This document shows positions 25,832 through 37,974 of a stretch of DNA of 49,246 bases, in pieces. A program made the translations under genes and the position numbers. The stretch's first letter is position 1; every line of letters starts with the position of its first letter. The notes under the pieces are model-generated. The model was given only the letters and a program-made list of their open reading frames with translations. It had not been told where the DNA came from and did no database searches. The DNA comes from Octopus sinensis (taxonomy: Eukaryota): positions 1 to 49,246 of the forward strand of contig NW_021834367.1 of the NCBI RefSeq assembly GCF_006345805.1. Direction: 5' to 3'.

Positions 25832-26220
25832 AAGGCGGCGAGCTGGCAGAATCGTTAGCACGCCGGGCGAAATGCTTAGCGGTATTCCGTCTGCTGCTAC
25901 GTTCTGAGTTCAAATTTCGCCGAGGTCAACTTTGACTTACATCCCTTCGGGGTCGATAAATTAACTACCAGTTACGCACTGGGGTCCATATAATCGACTT
26001 AATCCGTTTGTCTGTCCTTGTTTGTCCTCTCTGTGTTTAACCCCTTGTGGATAGTAAAGAAATAGGTATTTCGTCTGTGTTTGTCCCCCCAACATCGCTT
26101 GACAACCGATGCTGGTGCGTTTACGCCCCCGTAACTTTGCGGTTTGGCAAAGGAGACCGCTAGAATAAGTACTAGGCTTACAAAGAATAAGTCCTGGGGT
26201 CGATTTGCTCGACTAAAGGC
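25832..26220 (+). mobile_element. Chimeric SINE: family B body joined to family A tail
   Basis: B head to AAAGAAATAGGTATTTCGTCTG, then TGTTTGTCCCCCCAACATCGCTTGACAACCGATGCTGG...GCTCGACTAAAGGC. Confidence 0.8.
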
Positions 26221-26522
26221 TGTGTGTGTGTGTGTGTGTGTGGTGTGTGTGTTATGCAAATAACACAAAGAACATTGGAGAATTATACAAACATAGTTTA
26301 CAATTTATAATTTGCTTACGCGCGTTTCAGATGAGCCAGTATAGGGTGAAATATATTTAAGTATGAAGTTGTAGGAATTTTTATTGTATTCAAACTTTTA
26401 CTGACCTCGATAAAACAAGACGACGTGTACGTATTCTATGCTAAAATGTTATTTCGAGTTTTTTGCCACCAATGTCTATAGGAACTGGCATGTGTATGGA
26501 AGACTGGTTGGTTAAAATTTCA

Positions 26523-27114
26523 GGCGGTAAGCTGGCAGGAACGACGGTCGAAATGCATACCGGTATTTCGTCTGCTGCTACGTTGTGAGTTCAAATTCCG
26601 CCGAGGTCGACTTTGCCTTTCATCCTTTTGGGGTCGATAAATTAAGTACCAGTTACGCACTGGGGTCGATATAATCGACTTAATCCGTTTGTCTGTCCTT
26701 GTTTGTCCCCTCTGTGTTTAGCCCCTTGTGGGTAATAAAGAAATAGGTATTTCGTCTGCCATTACGTTCTGAGTTCAAATTCCGCCGAGGTCGACTTTGC
26801 CTTTCATCCTTTCGGGGTCGATAAATAAGTACCAGTTACGCACTGGGGTCGATATAATCGACTTAATCCGTTTGTCTGTCCTTGTTTGTCCCCTCTGTGT
26901 TTAGCCCCTTGTGGGTAATAAAGAAATAGGTATTTCGTCTGCCATTACGTTCTGAGTTCAAATTCCGCCGAGGTCGACTTTGCCTTTCATCCTTTCGGGG
27001 TCGATAAATTAAGTACTAGTTACGCACTGGGGTCGATATAATCGACTTAATCCGTTTGTCTGTCCTTGTTTGTCCCATCTGTGTTTAGCCCCTTGTGGGT
27101 AGTAAAGAAATAGG
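26523..27114 (+). mobile_element. Family B SINE with its 184-bp body tandemly triplicated
   Basis: GGTATTTCGTCTG at 26562, 26746 and 26929; final AAATAGG at 27113 (periods 184, 183, 184). Confidence 0.92.
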
Positions 27115-27448
27115 TTAGTTAAAATTTCAATGAAAACAATGATCAGTAATTCTATTCTAGTTATAAGATACTGTAGCCAGTTGAGGTAAAAAAAAAATAC
27201 ACTTCAAATTTTAGCTAACGTACGAGAATTTCAATACTTATATCAAAGCCCAAAGGAAAGGACTATAATAATGATAAATTAATTGGAAAAAGATAGAAAA
27301 AGTAAATATATATGAGAAATACATTAATAGATTAATGAAAAATATATTTATAAATAAAAGAATCACAATGGATTAAATTAATAAGTGAGAATTAAAAAGC
27401 TAAAGAATTAAACATAGTTACAAGTACTGAGATAAGTTAAACAACTTG

Positions 27449-27614
27449 GGCGCAGGAGTGGCTGTGTGGTAAATAGCTTGCTTACCAGCCACATCGTTCC
27501 GGGTTCATTCCCACTGCGTGGCACCTTGGGCGAGTGTCTTCTACTATAGCCTTGGGCTCACCAAAGCCTTGTGAGTGGATTTGGTAGACGGAAACTGAAA
27601 GAAGCCCGTCGTGT
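27449..27614 (+). mobile_element. Family A SINE, 5' half
   Basis: GGCGCAGGAGTGGCTGTGTGGTAA...GGTTCATTCCC...GAAACTGAAAGAAGCCCGTCG. Confidence 0.9.
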
Positions 27615-28655
27615 AAAAGTAAAAAAAATATACAAACTGGGACAAGAACGTGAAACATTTAGAAGACGACACAAAAAACACGGACGGGACATTCGAAGAC
27701 CTCAATCATCAGTCAAGAACCGGATCATCTTCGCAATTTCGGCTGATTAATCTTGAGATTGCTCCGATCTGGGCAGCCCCCAAGGGAAATCTAAGCCAAG
27801 CGCATTAGATTCCTTGGAAGAAAGCCTCGAATGTATACAACACAGGGACGGGAAATGGACGATGTTACACGAATAAAAATACAAAAATACGTAAAAACAA
27901 TAATGATAGCACGAATAAGAATACAAAATACGTAAAAACAATAATGGTTAGGATAACAACAAAAGCAGAACGTCAGGACAAGCGTCTTTTCGACAGGACG
28001 AGTTAAGTTTTGAGCTGGCTATAGAAGAGTGCCTTAAGGCCACAGAGAACAAACAAATACGTGTTGTCACAATGACTGCTGGATGCGAAAAGGCAGTAGT
28101 CGCTGGCTGGTCACGTGAGGACAAAAGAGAGGAGAAAGGGACAGATGAAGAGAGAAAGAAGGGGATGTGTGTGTGTGTGTGTCTGTGTTTGTTATTTATC
28201 TATTGATATTTATCTCTCACTGGATGGAATACTTCTTGAGGTGATCGCATCAATAATGGAATTGTACAGTCTATCTATTAAATGTACGTATGTATTTATC
28301 TATATGTATGTATGAATATATATATCACCGTGACCGACCAGGCTATCAGATGTTACTACACATCGCTGGTCACAATGCGCTTCGCATTAATGTCCTTTAA
28401 TATCTTCTCACCAAAGTTTCGATATAAATAACCCATTCGTGAAGAAGTTTAAAATTCACAAATCCCATCCATAATCGACTAATGAAATACCAAAAAAAAA
28501 AACAAATCAAATTATATTCGCCAAGAACAAGTCATAACAACAAGTCATGAATATTTCAACAACAAAATAATCCAATAAAATGATTCCTAAACTGAAATTA
28601 TTCAAGAAAAGCAACATACACAACGGATAAAAAAAATAACAAGTTATTTATCTAT

Positions 28656-29043
28656 GGATGGAAGCACTCCGTCGGTTACGACGATGAGGGTTCCGATGGA
28701 TCCGAATCAACGGAACAGCCTGCTCGGGAAATTAACGTGTAAGTGGCTGAGCACTCCACAGACACGTGTACCCTTAACGTAGTTCTCGGGGATATTCAGC
28801 GTGACACAGAGCGTGACAAGGCCGGCCCTTTGAAATACAGGTACAAGAGAAACAGGAAGTAAGAGTGAGAGAAAGTTGTGGTGAAAGAGTACAGCAGGGA
28901 TCACCACCATCCCCTGCCGGAGCCTCGTGGAGCTTTAGGTGTTTTCGCTCAATAAACACTCACAACGCCCGGTCTGGGAATCGAAACTGCGATCCTATGA
29001 CCGCGAGTCCGCTGCCCTAACCACTGGGCCATTGCGCCTCCAC
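28656..29043 (-). mobile_element. Full-length tRNA-derived SINE, family D, 388 bp
   Basis: Head GTGGAGGCGCAATGGCCCAGTGGTTAGGGCAGCGGACTCGCGG...GTTTCGATTCCC with Pol III A/B-box-like motifs; 12-bp TSD TTATTTATCTAT at 28644-55 and 29044-55. Confidence 0.9.
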
Positions 29044-29696
29044 TTATTTATCTATATGTATGTATGAATTACAGACCGAAACAACCACGACTCAGAACTA
29101 CAAATGTAGAAAACCAATACAAAAGAAGGCATAATAACATAGAAAACACGAACGGATACGTAAATAGTAATACAAGGACTACTTTGAAAATATCGTGTTT
29201 TATTTTAAAATCCAGCCGTCATAATTCATGTTATCCGATGGTACAAACCGTGGATGAGAAACTGAAGAGAATTAACCAATAAAAAAGTACAAAAAAAACC
29301 ACCTTCCGTACAAGGAATTAATATTGTCTCAAGTGGCCTAATAATTATTCCAGCACTACGATACTCTAGTTCCAATGAAATACAGAACGGTATTTCACAA
29401 TTTTGTAGAGAAGAATTATTTCATCAAGAGAAGTGTGTTGAAGCAATTGTAAGAAACAAAAGCAGTTACAAGTCTACGAAACTAAGAATAAAGCATTAAA
29501 TAAATTTTGGGGTTTTATAACCACCTTTCCATACAAAGAACTACGTTACCCTAAATTCACACCTAATGCCAGTCGAAAAAATGGGAAATCACATGTGAAC
29601 ACAATTACGACATTATATTTAATGATACAGTGGAACGGAAGTGCTGAAATTATCAGGGATGTTGAACACTACAAAAGTGCTATATTATCTGTACTA

Positions 29697-29924
29697 TCTG
29701 AAGGCGGCGAGCTGGCAGAAACGTTAGCACGCTGGGCGAAATGCGTAGCTGTATTTCGCCTGCCGTTACGTTCTGAGTTCAAATTCCACCGAGGTCGACT
29801 TTGCCTTTCATCCTTTCGGGGTCGATAAATTAAGTACCAGTTACGCATTGGGGTCGACGTAATCCGTTTGTCTGTCCTTATTTGTCCCCTCTGTGTGTAG
29901 CCCCTCTTGGGTAGTAAAGAAATA
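29697..29924 (+). mobile_element. Family B SINE nested in the PLE
   Basis: 16-bp TSD TATATTATCTGTACTA at 29681-96 and 29925-40; removing it restores the frame ILSVL-QDTTYY. Confidence 0.92.
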
Positions 29925-30910
29925 TATATTATCTGTACTACAAGATACGACCTATTATTAAAAGCTAAACAATTACCAGCAATCAAAGGCGATGACAAAA
30001 CTGAACACAATTATTCACCGACACAAAAAGATTTAACAAAGAATGTGAATACCGGACACATTTTGAATGCAAAACTAGCTACTTCTACGGTCTTCCCAGC
30101 ATCCACAAGAACCAAACTATTAAGGATGCTTGTAAAGAATCAACTTCAAGCTGTATAAACATACACAATCCCCTTAAATTAACACCAACCTTAAATTAAG
30201 ACCAATTGTGAATGGTCGGAACTATGAAACACACAGACTCAGCAAATTTATATATATACTACTGAAACCTACTTTAAAATGTATACCAAGTCTTGTAAGG
30301 GACGATCTGGACCTGTTAAGCCATTTTCCAAAAACCATCAGCAAAAATACTTTTATTGTTTCATCTGATATAGAAAACATCTACACCACGATCCCACACC
30401 AATATGAATAAGAGCCAATAGTTTTCTGGCTCAGAAAACCCCCATGAAAACCCAGACAGAATTGAAAAAAGTTTTATCAGAGATGGGCACAAAAGTTGCT
30501 CAGATTTATGCGAAATTAATCATGACACATATGGCGGTCCAGATATATTAACAATCTAAATTAAAATACAATTTGGTCTTCAATAAATATTTACAAGAAA
30601 ACTGGAAACGTAACTTAGATAACTGCCTGATTCAGTGGATACACACATTTGACCAGCTTATTTATTTCAAAAATAAATTTAACATTATAAACAATATTAA
30701 CTTCACCATGGAACACAGTAAAACTCATATATCATCTCATGATATTCTAGTCACCAGAACAAACACAAAATTGAAACAGACATTCACTACACACCAACAG
30801 ATTTTAAACATCACCTGCTGTTCTCCTCGTGCCATGTCAAACGCATGAGTCCTTATTATAGCAAGAAGGATCTGCACAGCTGTTTAAAATTTTAAAAACT
30901 TGTAATAAAA

Positions 30911-31140
30911 TACTCTGGGAATTAAAAAAAATACTCTGGGAATTTTAAAAAATATTACTGGAAAGACAATATCCATAAAAAATCATTTTACCTGTTCGTC
31001 AAAAAATTCAATGTAATACTTTACGTTTAATATAATACATTGAATTTTTTGACGAACAGGTAAAATGATTTTTTATAGATATTGTCTTTCCAGTAATAAT
31101 TTTTAAAATTCCCAGAGTATTTTTTTTAATTCTCAGAGTA
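30911..31140. repeat. Long inverted repeat: 105-bp arms, 3 mismatches, 20-nt spacer
   Basis: 30911-31015 is the reverse complement of 31036-31140, compared by hand. Confidence 0.93.
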
Positions 31141-31988
31141 CTCAGAAATAAACAGGCTATTCATCGTCAACAGATACGAAACTCCAGTACTAGATTACTA
31201 TCACTCAGTGGGCTCATAAACATATGTGCAAAAAATAAGTCCCCAAATTCCAAGTCTTCCCACTTTATTTTTTTGTTCTGTCGATACCACATATCTAATA
31301 CGAAGGAGCAAAGAGGATACATTCATACAAAAATACAAACCAACCACAAATGAATAAATTTCAACAAAGTACATTCACTAACAGCTACTCACAGACAAAC
31401 TCATTATGCCGCTTAATATGTTGAATTTACACAACCAACAACCTGAACGTTGGGCACAATCACGACTTTTTTCTCGCATGACACTAACATAGTAATTTAG
31501 TGCAGAACAAAATTTTATGCCCAAGTAACATACACAGAACTCATATCCTTTCTGTCAGTGAACTGCATGCAAACAACTTCTGCTCATCAGAGAGCCTTGA
31601 TTGTTTGAGACTGTCACTAGAGACGTTCACTCAACAGTATTAGCCTTAACTTACGGCTCAAAAACTATTGTCACTTAATATTAACGCACAGGCGTAGCAG
31701 GGAACTTAAAAAAAGACTTCAAGTCTAATCCTCCAGATTGTATCCTAAACAGATACTAATTTGAGCCATGTTTTCTTCATACCCCCGCCCCCCAAAAAGA
31801 GAGTTTTTGAACTCCATTTAGAAGCTAAACAGTTGCGATATAGCCCCGCTGTTTTCTATTTCATGTAAGTTTTCAAAATCAGTAAGATCTGTGAAATCGG
31901 GTAAGTCTTTAAAAAAGAGACCATCAAAAAGAATGCTTGTGCAATTTCAACTCCTGTTTTCTATATTTCTAACCTTGTGGAATAAAAT

Positions 31989-31991
31989 AAC

Positions 31992-32089
<98 letters not shown>

Positions 32090-32090
32090 G

Positions 32091-32149
<59 letters not shown>

Positions 32150-32259
32150 TATATATATATATACACACACATATATATATATATATATATAATACATATG
32201 TTTTGTGTGTACGTGCGCGCGTGCATTTTTGCATGTTTGTGTGTGAGGAGAGAAGTGTG

Positions 32260-32343
<84 letters not shown>

Positions 32344-32510
32344 TATAATACTATACATACATATGTATACATATGTGTGTGTGTGCGTCCGCGTGTGCAT
32401 TTTTAAATGTTTTGTGTGAGGAGAGAAAGTGTATATATATATATGTATACACACACACGCACACACACATACACACACATACACACACACACACACACAT
32501 ATATATATTA
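31989..32510. repeat. (TC)n/(TA)n/(TACA)n/(CA)n microsatellites
   Basis: Directly visible. Confidence 0.95.
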
Positions 32511-32975
32511 TGTTTACATAGCTACACAGTTAATATATTCTTCAAATAACGCATGCTTCATTATCGCCATATTTGCAATTTGCTGACATTTTTCCATTGT
32601 CGGTAATATAACCGTTTTAAAAAGATTTTAGTGATATACGATTCATTGCAATTATATCATTTAGGTTCTTAACGTTCTATATAATTCCATACCTTCCGTT
32701 TCCATTTATATAGTTTCTAGTTCAAAGTTTAGTTTTCCTTATCCGTTCAGTTATTCGTCTATATATATATATATATGTTTATTCGTTTTTAATTTTCTCT
32801 TTGAATCATTAACATCAATTAACGAATGTCTTCATTTATGCAGTGCATATATTTGCTAAGTGTAGTTGATGCTGACGTTTATAAATATTTAGTTATATGA
32901 TTCCAATGGAATCTACAGTTACAACAAAGAATGCATTCCATAATTTCAAACGTGCAATTTGGGTGTCAGATAATT

Positions 32976-33128
32976 GGCGCAGGCGTGACTGTGATGGTAA
33001 GAAGTCTGCTTCCCTATTACACGGTTCTGGGCTCAGTTCCACTGCGTGGCATCTTGGGCAAGTGTCTTCCACTATAGCCTCAAGCTGGCCAAAACCTTGT
33101 AAACGGAAATTGAAAGACGCCCATTGAG
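32976..33128 (+). mobile_element. Family A SINE 5' part, diverged
   Basis: GGCGCAGGCGTGACTGTG...CCACTGCGTGGCATCTTGGGCAAGTGTCTT. Confidence 0.8.
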
Positions 33129-33268
33129 CGCGCGCACACACACACACTCACACACACACATATACATACATAAATATATATATATATATGTATGCATGTA
33201 TATATATATATATATATGTGGTGTGTGTGTGTGTGTGTGTGTACATATATATATATAGACATACATAC

Positions 33269-33348
<80 letters not shown>

Positions 33349-33354
33349 TATATA

Positions 33355-33422
<68 letters not shown>

Positions 33423-33589
33423 AATACTAAAATGACAACAAAAGAATGAGACCTCGATATTAGGTAAATAGAGGAATTTATATATGTATAGTTTAGGACA
33501 TCACTGAGTTGTCATGATAGGACTCAGAGTCTCAAATGCCGGAGCTAAGAGCGCCTATTTTCATAATAGCCGACGAGAATGCATCGTAG

Positions 33590-34168
33590 CTCTTCTGTGT
33601 AAAAAACCACTTCAGGATTATGTATCACTTTGTTAAAGATGATCTTTACCCTCTCTAATCTTCTAAACTTTTGTTCTTGAGTAACAAGTTGCCTCACAGG
33701 TCTGAGTACGAATTTACTTTCAAGTCGTCTGTCATTGCTCTTGGAACTCATAGCCTGAGTTGGATCTCTTCAGTTCCAGATTGAAATGATAATTCCTCTT
33801 GCAGTTATGACTTCCTGATCCAGTTTTCCTTTCCATCATTTCATATTTCTCAAACTTATTCACAATTCTATTGGTTTGTTTCTTTTTTGAAGGTGGAATC
33901 CAGGGAACGAATGTTGGCAGTATTACTGAAGGCCTTGATGATCTTAGCCCTCTCAACATTGCTCACTTGGGAAGACATGGTGAGGCTGACACAAAACGAT
34001 TTATAACTAAATATCTCAATGGGTACTTCACTGATTCTTACAAAAACCTGGTGACAGTATGGCCAGATGTTTTATCTGGAAAAATGGAAAATTGCAAATT
34101 GATTTGTAAATTGGTTTTAAGAAATTTTTAGAATTTGTAAGCAGGACAATTTTGCTGATACATCCGAT
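33590..34168 (-). mobile_element. Tc1/mariner-superfamily transposase N-terminal relic with left end
   Basis: ERKTGSGSHNCKR...RQLVTQEQKFRRLERVKIIFNKVIHNPEVVFYTEE resembles the DNA-binding region running into the first catalytic (FSDE) motif; terminus TATATCGGATGTATCAGC resembles TACAGGGTGT. Confidence 0.65.
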
Positions 34169-34324
34169 ATATATATATATCTTTTAAATTTGTTTATGGG
34201 AAACGTTTTGAATATGCAAATAAAACTCCTATTTTATTTCGGCCACAGTCTAATGATACTGACTGGTGAACCAGTTTTTCGAAGTTGCATCGAGCTGTAC
34301 TGATATAATGTAGGATGAATATAA

Positions 34325-34632
34325 TAATGGTTTCAAATTTTGCCACAAGAGCCGCCATTTTGGGGAGGCGATGTATCGATTACATCGACACCAGTGTTCA
34401 ACTGGTACTTAATTTATCAACCCTGAAAATATGAAAGACAAATTCGACCTCGGCGGAATTTGAGCTCAGAACGTATCGGCAGACAAAATACCGGTGCTGG
34501 TGCGTCTACGTCATCGTAACTTAGCATTTTGGCGAAGGAGACCAATGGAATAAGTACAGGGCTTTATAAAAATAAGTGCTGGAGTCGATTCGCTCTACTG
34601 AAACTCTTGAAGGTGGTGCTCCAGCATGGCTC
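34325..34632. mobile_element. Family B fragment (-) abutting a family A tail fragment (+)
   Basis: ACATCGACACCAGTGTTCAACTGGTACTTAATTTATC...GACCTCGGCGGAATTTGAGCTCAGAACG, then GTGCTGGTGCGT...GGTGCTCCAGCATGGC. Confidence 0.7.
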
Positions 34633-35519
34633 GTTTTGCTTTTTGGCTTTTCTAAATATATTTTAATCCTTTCCAATACTATTTGAATTAACATCAAAAA
34701 TATTTTTTCCGGAGAGTCTTTCGGTTTTTCGTTGGTTTGGTCTTCCTTTACAAATTTTATTTATCGTTTTTCAAATGTGAATAAATTTTAACTTTTTTCA
34801 AACATATGGCGTTGGCGTACAAAGTAGGCGGGGAGCAACAACAAAAGAACGAACGTTTTTATTTGACAAAACCTATATTTTAAGATTTATTGCTTCACTT
34901 TTTTGAGCATCAGCTTTCATCTTCCTGGTTTATCATTTATATTTATTTCTTGGTTCTGTAAACAGCGTGTTACTGAGTTTAAATTTAAGAGCATCAAAAG
35001 CCGTATAACGATGACAATATCAATGAATGCAACAATGTTAATTGATGGCAAGAGAATTAGAATACCGGAAAGTGAGCGAATCTTTTGTATGTTATTCACA
35101 TCGTAGTAAAGAGAACAAAATCGCGAAATTCGAAGACGAAGAATAGACAATAAAAGGACACAAGAAATTCCAGGAGAAACGAAATAAAAAAAAATCCCGA
35201 GACCGAAGAATATGAAGAATTTGAAAGTAACTGGATCTTAGAAGACACAACTGTATATGACCGTTCCTGTTAGAAATTGAAAAGTTATGGAGATTGTTGT
35301 AGAATTTATAGCAATTGACGAATTTGGAGAAGTCAGAATGCAGTATAATCATATTGGGAAGATGGATACCAAAGGTTGAAAAAGAGATACAAAGTTATGC
35401 CTAAAGGAATGAAATACAAATAATTCAACGGAACATATATAACATATATTAATCCTTTCTACTATAGGCACAAGGCCTGAAATTTGGGGGAGGAGACAAG
35501 TCGAGTACATCGACCCCAA

Positions 35520-35713
35520 TAATGATGATGATGATGATGTAATAAATAATAATAATAATGATAATGATAATGATGATATGATAATACTAATAATATAATA
35601 ATCATAATAATAATAATAATAAAATAATAATAATGATGATAATAATAATAAATAATAATAATAATAATGATGATGATAATGATAATAATGATAATAATAA
35701 TAATAATAAAATA

Positions 35714-35744
<31 letters not shown>

Positions 35745-35806
35745 TAATAATGATGATGATAATGAATAATAATAATAATAATATACTAATAATAATAATG
35801 ATGATG

Positions 35807-35837
<31 letters not shown>

Positions 35838-35963
35838 TGATGATAATAATAATAATAAAATAATAATAATATAATAATAATAATAATAAAAATATAAAAA
35901 TATATAATAATAATATATGATAATAATTAACATAATAATAATAATAATATAATAATAATAATA

Positions 35964-35999
<36 letters not shown>

Positions 36000-36000
36000 C
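35520..36000. repeat. (AAT)n/(GAT)n microsatellite
   Basis: Directly visible. Confidence 0.95.
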
Positions 36001-36004
36001 AGTA

Positions 36005-36390
36005 CTTACTTACTTGTACTTGTGGCGACATTCACCCTGGGCCGGTTGAGTCGGCTTCTTCTACTTGGAAGACGTTTCGTGGGAATATGTGGATTTCACA
36101 AGCGGTCCCCCAACAATCCCGCATGTAGAGATATCCTGTTTGCCGCAGATTGTCCGCAGACGCAGGGACAGAACGACCGAGAAGCTGCCGGTTGCCGAAA
36201 CAGACACTCCGAGGATTTTCACCAGAGCCCCGTCTGCTGAGTTGTGGCCCTAATGCCACTCGGTGTCAGACCAATCCGCCTTGGGTAGCCCTACCAGGAA
36301 CCGAAGTTCCCGATGGCATAGCTCTGACACTACCCGTTGCCATCGTCCCCACCACGGTGAGGAGGGGATGGACTTTGGGAAAAAAAAATT
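36005..36390. mobile_element. GC/CpG-rich insert, probable non-LTR retroposon fragment (unclassified)
   Basis: Sharp GC contrast; (ACTT)n edge joined to the microsatellite; lies between the duplicated GACCCCA. Confidence 0.45.
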
Positions 36391-36689
36391 ATTACCCAAT
36401 ACTTTTTAGTATAGTACATATTTGACCCCAGTGGTCAACTGGTACTTATTTTATCGACTCTGCAAGGATGAAAGACAAAGTCGGCCCCGGCAGAATTTGA
36501 ACTCAGAATGTGAAAACGGACAGTAACCACTGTGCCCGGCGTACCAACAATTCTGTCAAGTTCGCCGTGAGACACATCGCATGGATGGAGTTTTTATATT
36601 TTTATTAAAGCATTGCTACATATATTTCGGCATGAGATGTATTTTTATGGTACTACCTCACCAAATCCATAAGGATATTATTAAATATT

Positions 36690-36960
36690 ATTTATAATGT
36701 CTATGGACCCTTGGGGAGTCCATATGACATGCATACTTCCTCAGGCAATTTTACATTAATTTTCTTAGCACTGTCTTGGTCGAAACATATGATAACGCAT
36801 TAATAAAAATATAAGCTTCATCCGTGAAATATTTCTCGTTATTAACATATTTATCATAGACTACGTGGAGTACCGCATGCATGGAGACTGGAAATAATAT
36901 ACTACTTGTTGCTACAAGTAGTATAGGGGCTTTTATTAGCACATTGGCAGGCATCTGTTA
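36690..36960 (-). mobile_element. Possible Helitron Rep-helicase linker relic
   Basis: Across frameshifts CGTPRSL/YDKY..KYFTDE...KKINVKLPEEVCMSYGLPK resembles the Helitron CxPxxPrxLwdky...ed...sygLP region; weak. Confidence 0.35.
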
Positions 36961-37010
36961 AATACAAATTACAATGGTATGATTAATATATATATATATA
37001 TAAAACTTCT

Positions 37011-37620
37011 ATTTAATTTGTCTTCTCGTAAGGACAAGGCAGAATCACTGTTGTAGAAAGGAACAGATGGTACCACTGTTAATACTATTGTGGGAATGGT
37101 CAAAGTGGTGCCATTTGTCGTGGGAATAGAAAAAGTGGTACCATTTGTTGTGGGAAGGAACAGATGGTACCACTTTTGTGGAAACGGATAAGGTGATACC
37201 ACTGTTGTGTGAATGGACAGATGGTACTACTAATGTGGGAATGGGCAAAGTGATGGTATTTTTTGTGGGAATGGGCAGAGGGTACAAATGCGGGTTACTA
37301 CTGTCGTGAGAAGGGTCAGATTGTACAACTGGTTTGAGAAGGGTTAGTTGGTATCACTGTTGTCAGAAATGTCATGGTTTACAACTGTTGTGAGAAAGGA
37401 GAGATGATTACCACAATTGTGAGAATATACAGATGATATCCTTGTGGGAATAACAGGTGATGCCACTGTTATGGTAATGAACAATGCGCTACTACTGGAC
37501 AGGTGGGTCCACTGTTGTATGCTCACGTTGTACAACTATTATGGAAATGGACAAGGTGGTAACACTTTTTTGGTTACAGTCAGATTGTACCACTATTTAG
37601 GGAATAGATAGCTGGTACCA
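37011..37620. repeat. Degenerate ~29-bp minisatellite (GGTACCACTGTTGTGGGAATGGACAGAT-like)
   Basis: GGTACC-like words at 37069, 37107, 37137, 37166, 37195 and 37223, decaying further on. Confidence 0.85.
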
Positions 37621-37635
37621 TCACCAGTTTAACAG

Positions 37636-37768
37636 CCACCCTTAAAGTTGAAAGAAGGTTTAACTATGGGCAATAATTTTGGACCACAGATTGAGGGTTA
37701 TAGCCCTGCTTCAGCATTTAATTCCTTACCTGTAACAAGCACAAAATATAACATTTCAAATACAACAG
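37636..37768 (+). other. Candidate 133-nt exon of unknown gene
   Basis: TTTAACAG acceptor, one open frame (PPLKLKEGLTMGNNFGPQIEGYSPASAFNSLPVTSTKYNISNTT), CAG|GTATGT donor; no homology recognised. Confidence 0.25.
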
Positions 37769-37974
37769 GTATGTATAACCATAAATCTTATAGTCATCGA
37801 TTAAATTCGCAATAACTTTGCTCCGAAAAATCAGGAATACACTTGAGTAGCATATATATTTATGATGTGTTATATCAAGATCAATGGATTCACATAAGGA
37901 AGATAATACAAGAGGCAGCTTGGGATTATTTCAGGCAATAATGTGAAGAGATGACTGGTTTGTTGCTCTATATC

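Larger units (their letters stand above)
29323..31357 (+). mobile_element. Decayed Penelope-like element (reverse transcriptase plus GIY-YIG endonuclease)
   Basis: Frameshifted pieces NGSAEIIRDVEHYK, FYGLPSIHK, LRPIVNG...HRLSKFIYILLKP, DIENIYTTIPH, MGTKVAQIYAKLIM, WKRNLDNCLI (YLDD equivalent), INFTME, FTCSSKN, HRQQIR, FIQKYKPTTN. Confidence 0.88.
35452..36570 (-). mobile_element. Family B SINE split by a ~900-bp insertion
   Basis: The left part ends ACATCGACCCCA (35518); the right part resumes GACCCCAGTGGTCAACTGGTAC (36424). Confidence 0.7.

Noticed and set aside
26523-27114. CRISPR-like array
   Set aside because: Units are whole SINE bodies with no unique spacers, in a eukaryotic context.
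27690-27760. Hammerhead on the minus strand (CTGATGA...CGAATGTC)
   Set aside because: No GAAA and no stem I or II pairing.
28960-29043. tRNA gene
   Set aside because: No proper cloverleaf; it is a SINE head bounded by a TSD. The same applies to family A and B heads.
31550-31595. Minus-strand CTGATGA with stem II- and III-like hairpins at the PLE 3' end
   Set aside because: GAAA and the NUH triplet are missing and it is antisense to the element; at best a dead relic.
33515-33570. Hammerhead relic (GAGACTCTGAGTC on the minus strand)
   Set aside because: Both conserved core segments are mutated.
34860-35430. Coding-looking AT-rich stretch (PETEEYEEFESNWILED, MEIVVEFIAIDEFGEVRMQY)
   Set aside because: Several stops and frameshifts and no family I can name; probably a transposon relic, needs tBLASTx.
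36969-37287. Mucin-like PTTNGTT ORFs
   Set aside because: Satellite units vary between 28 and 30 nt and break the frame, so they are non-coding.
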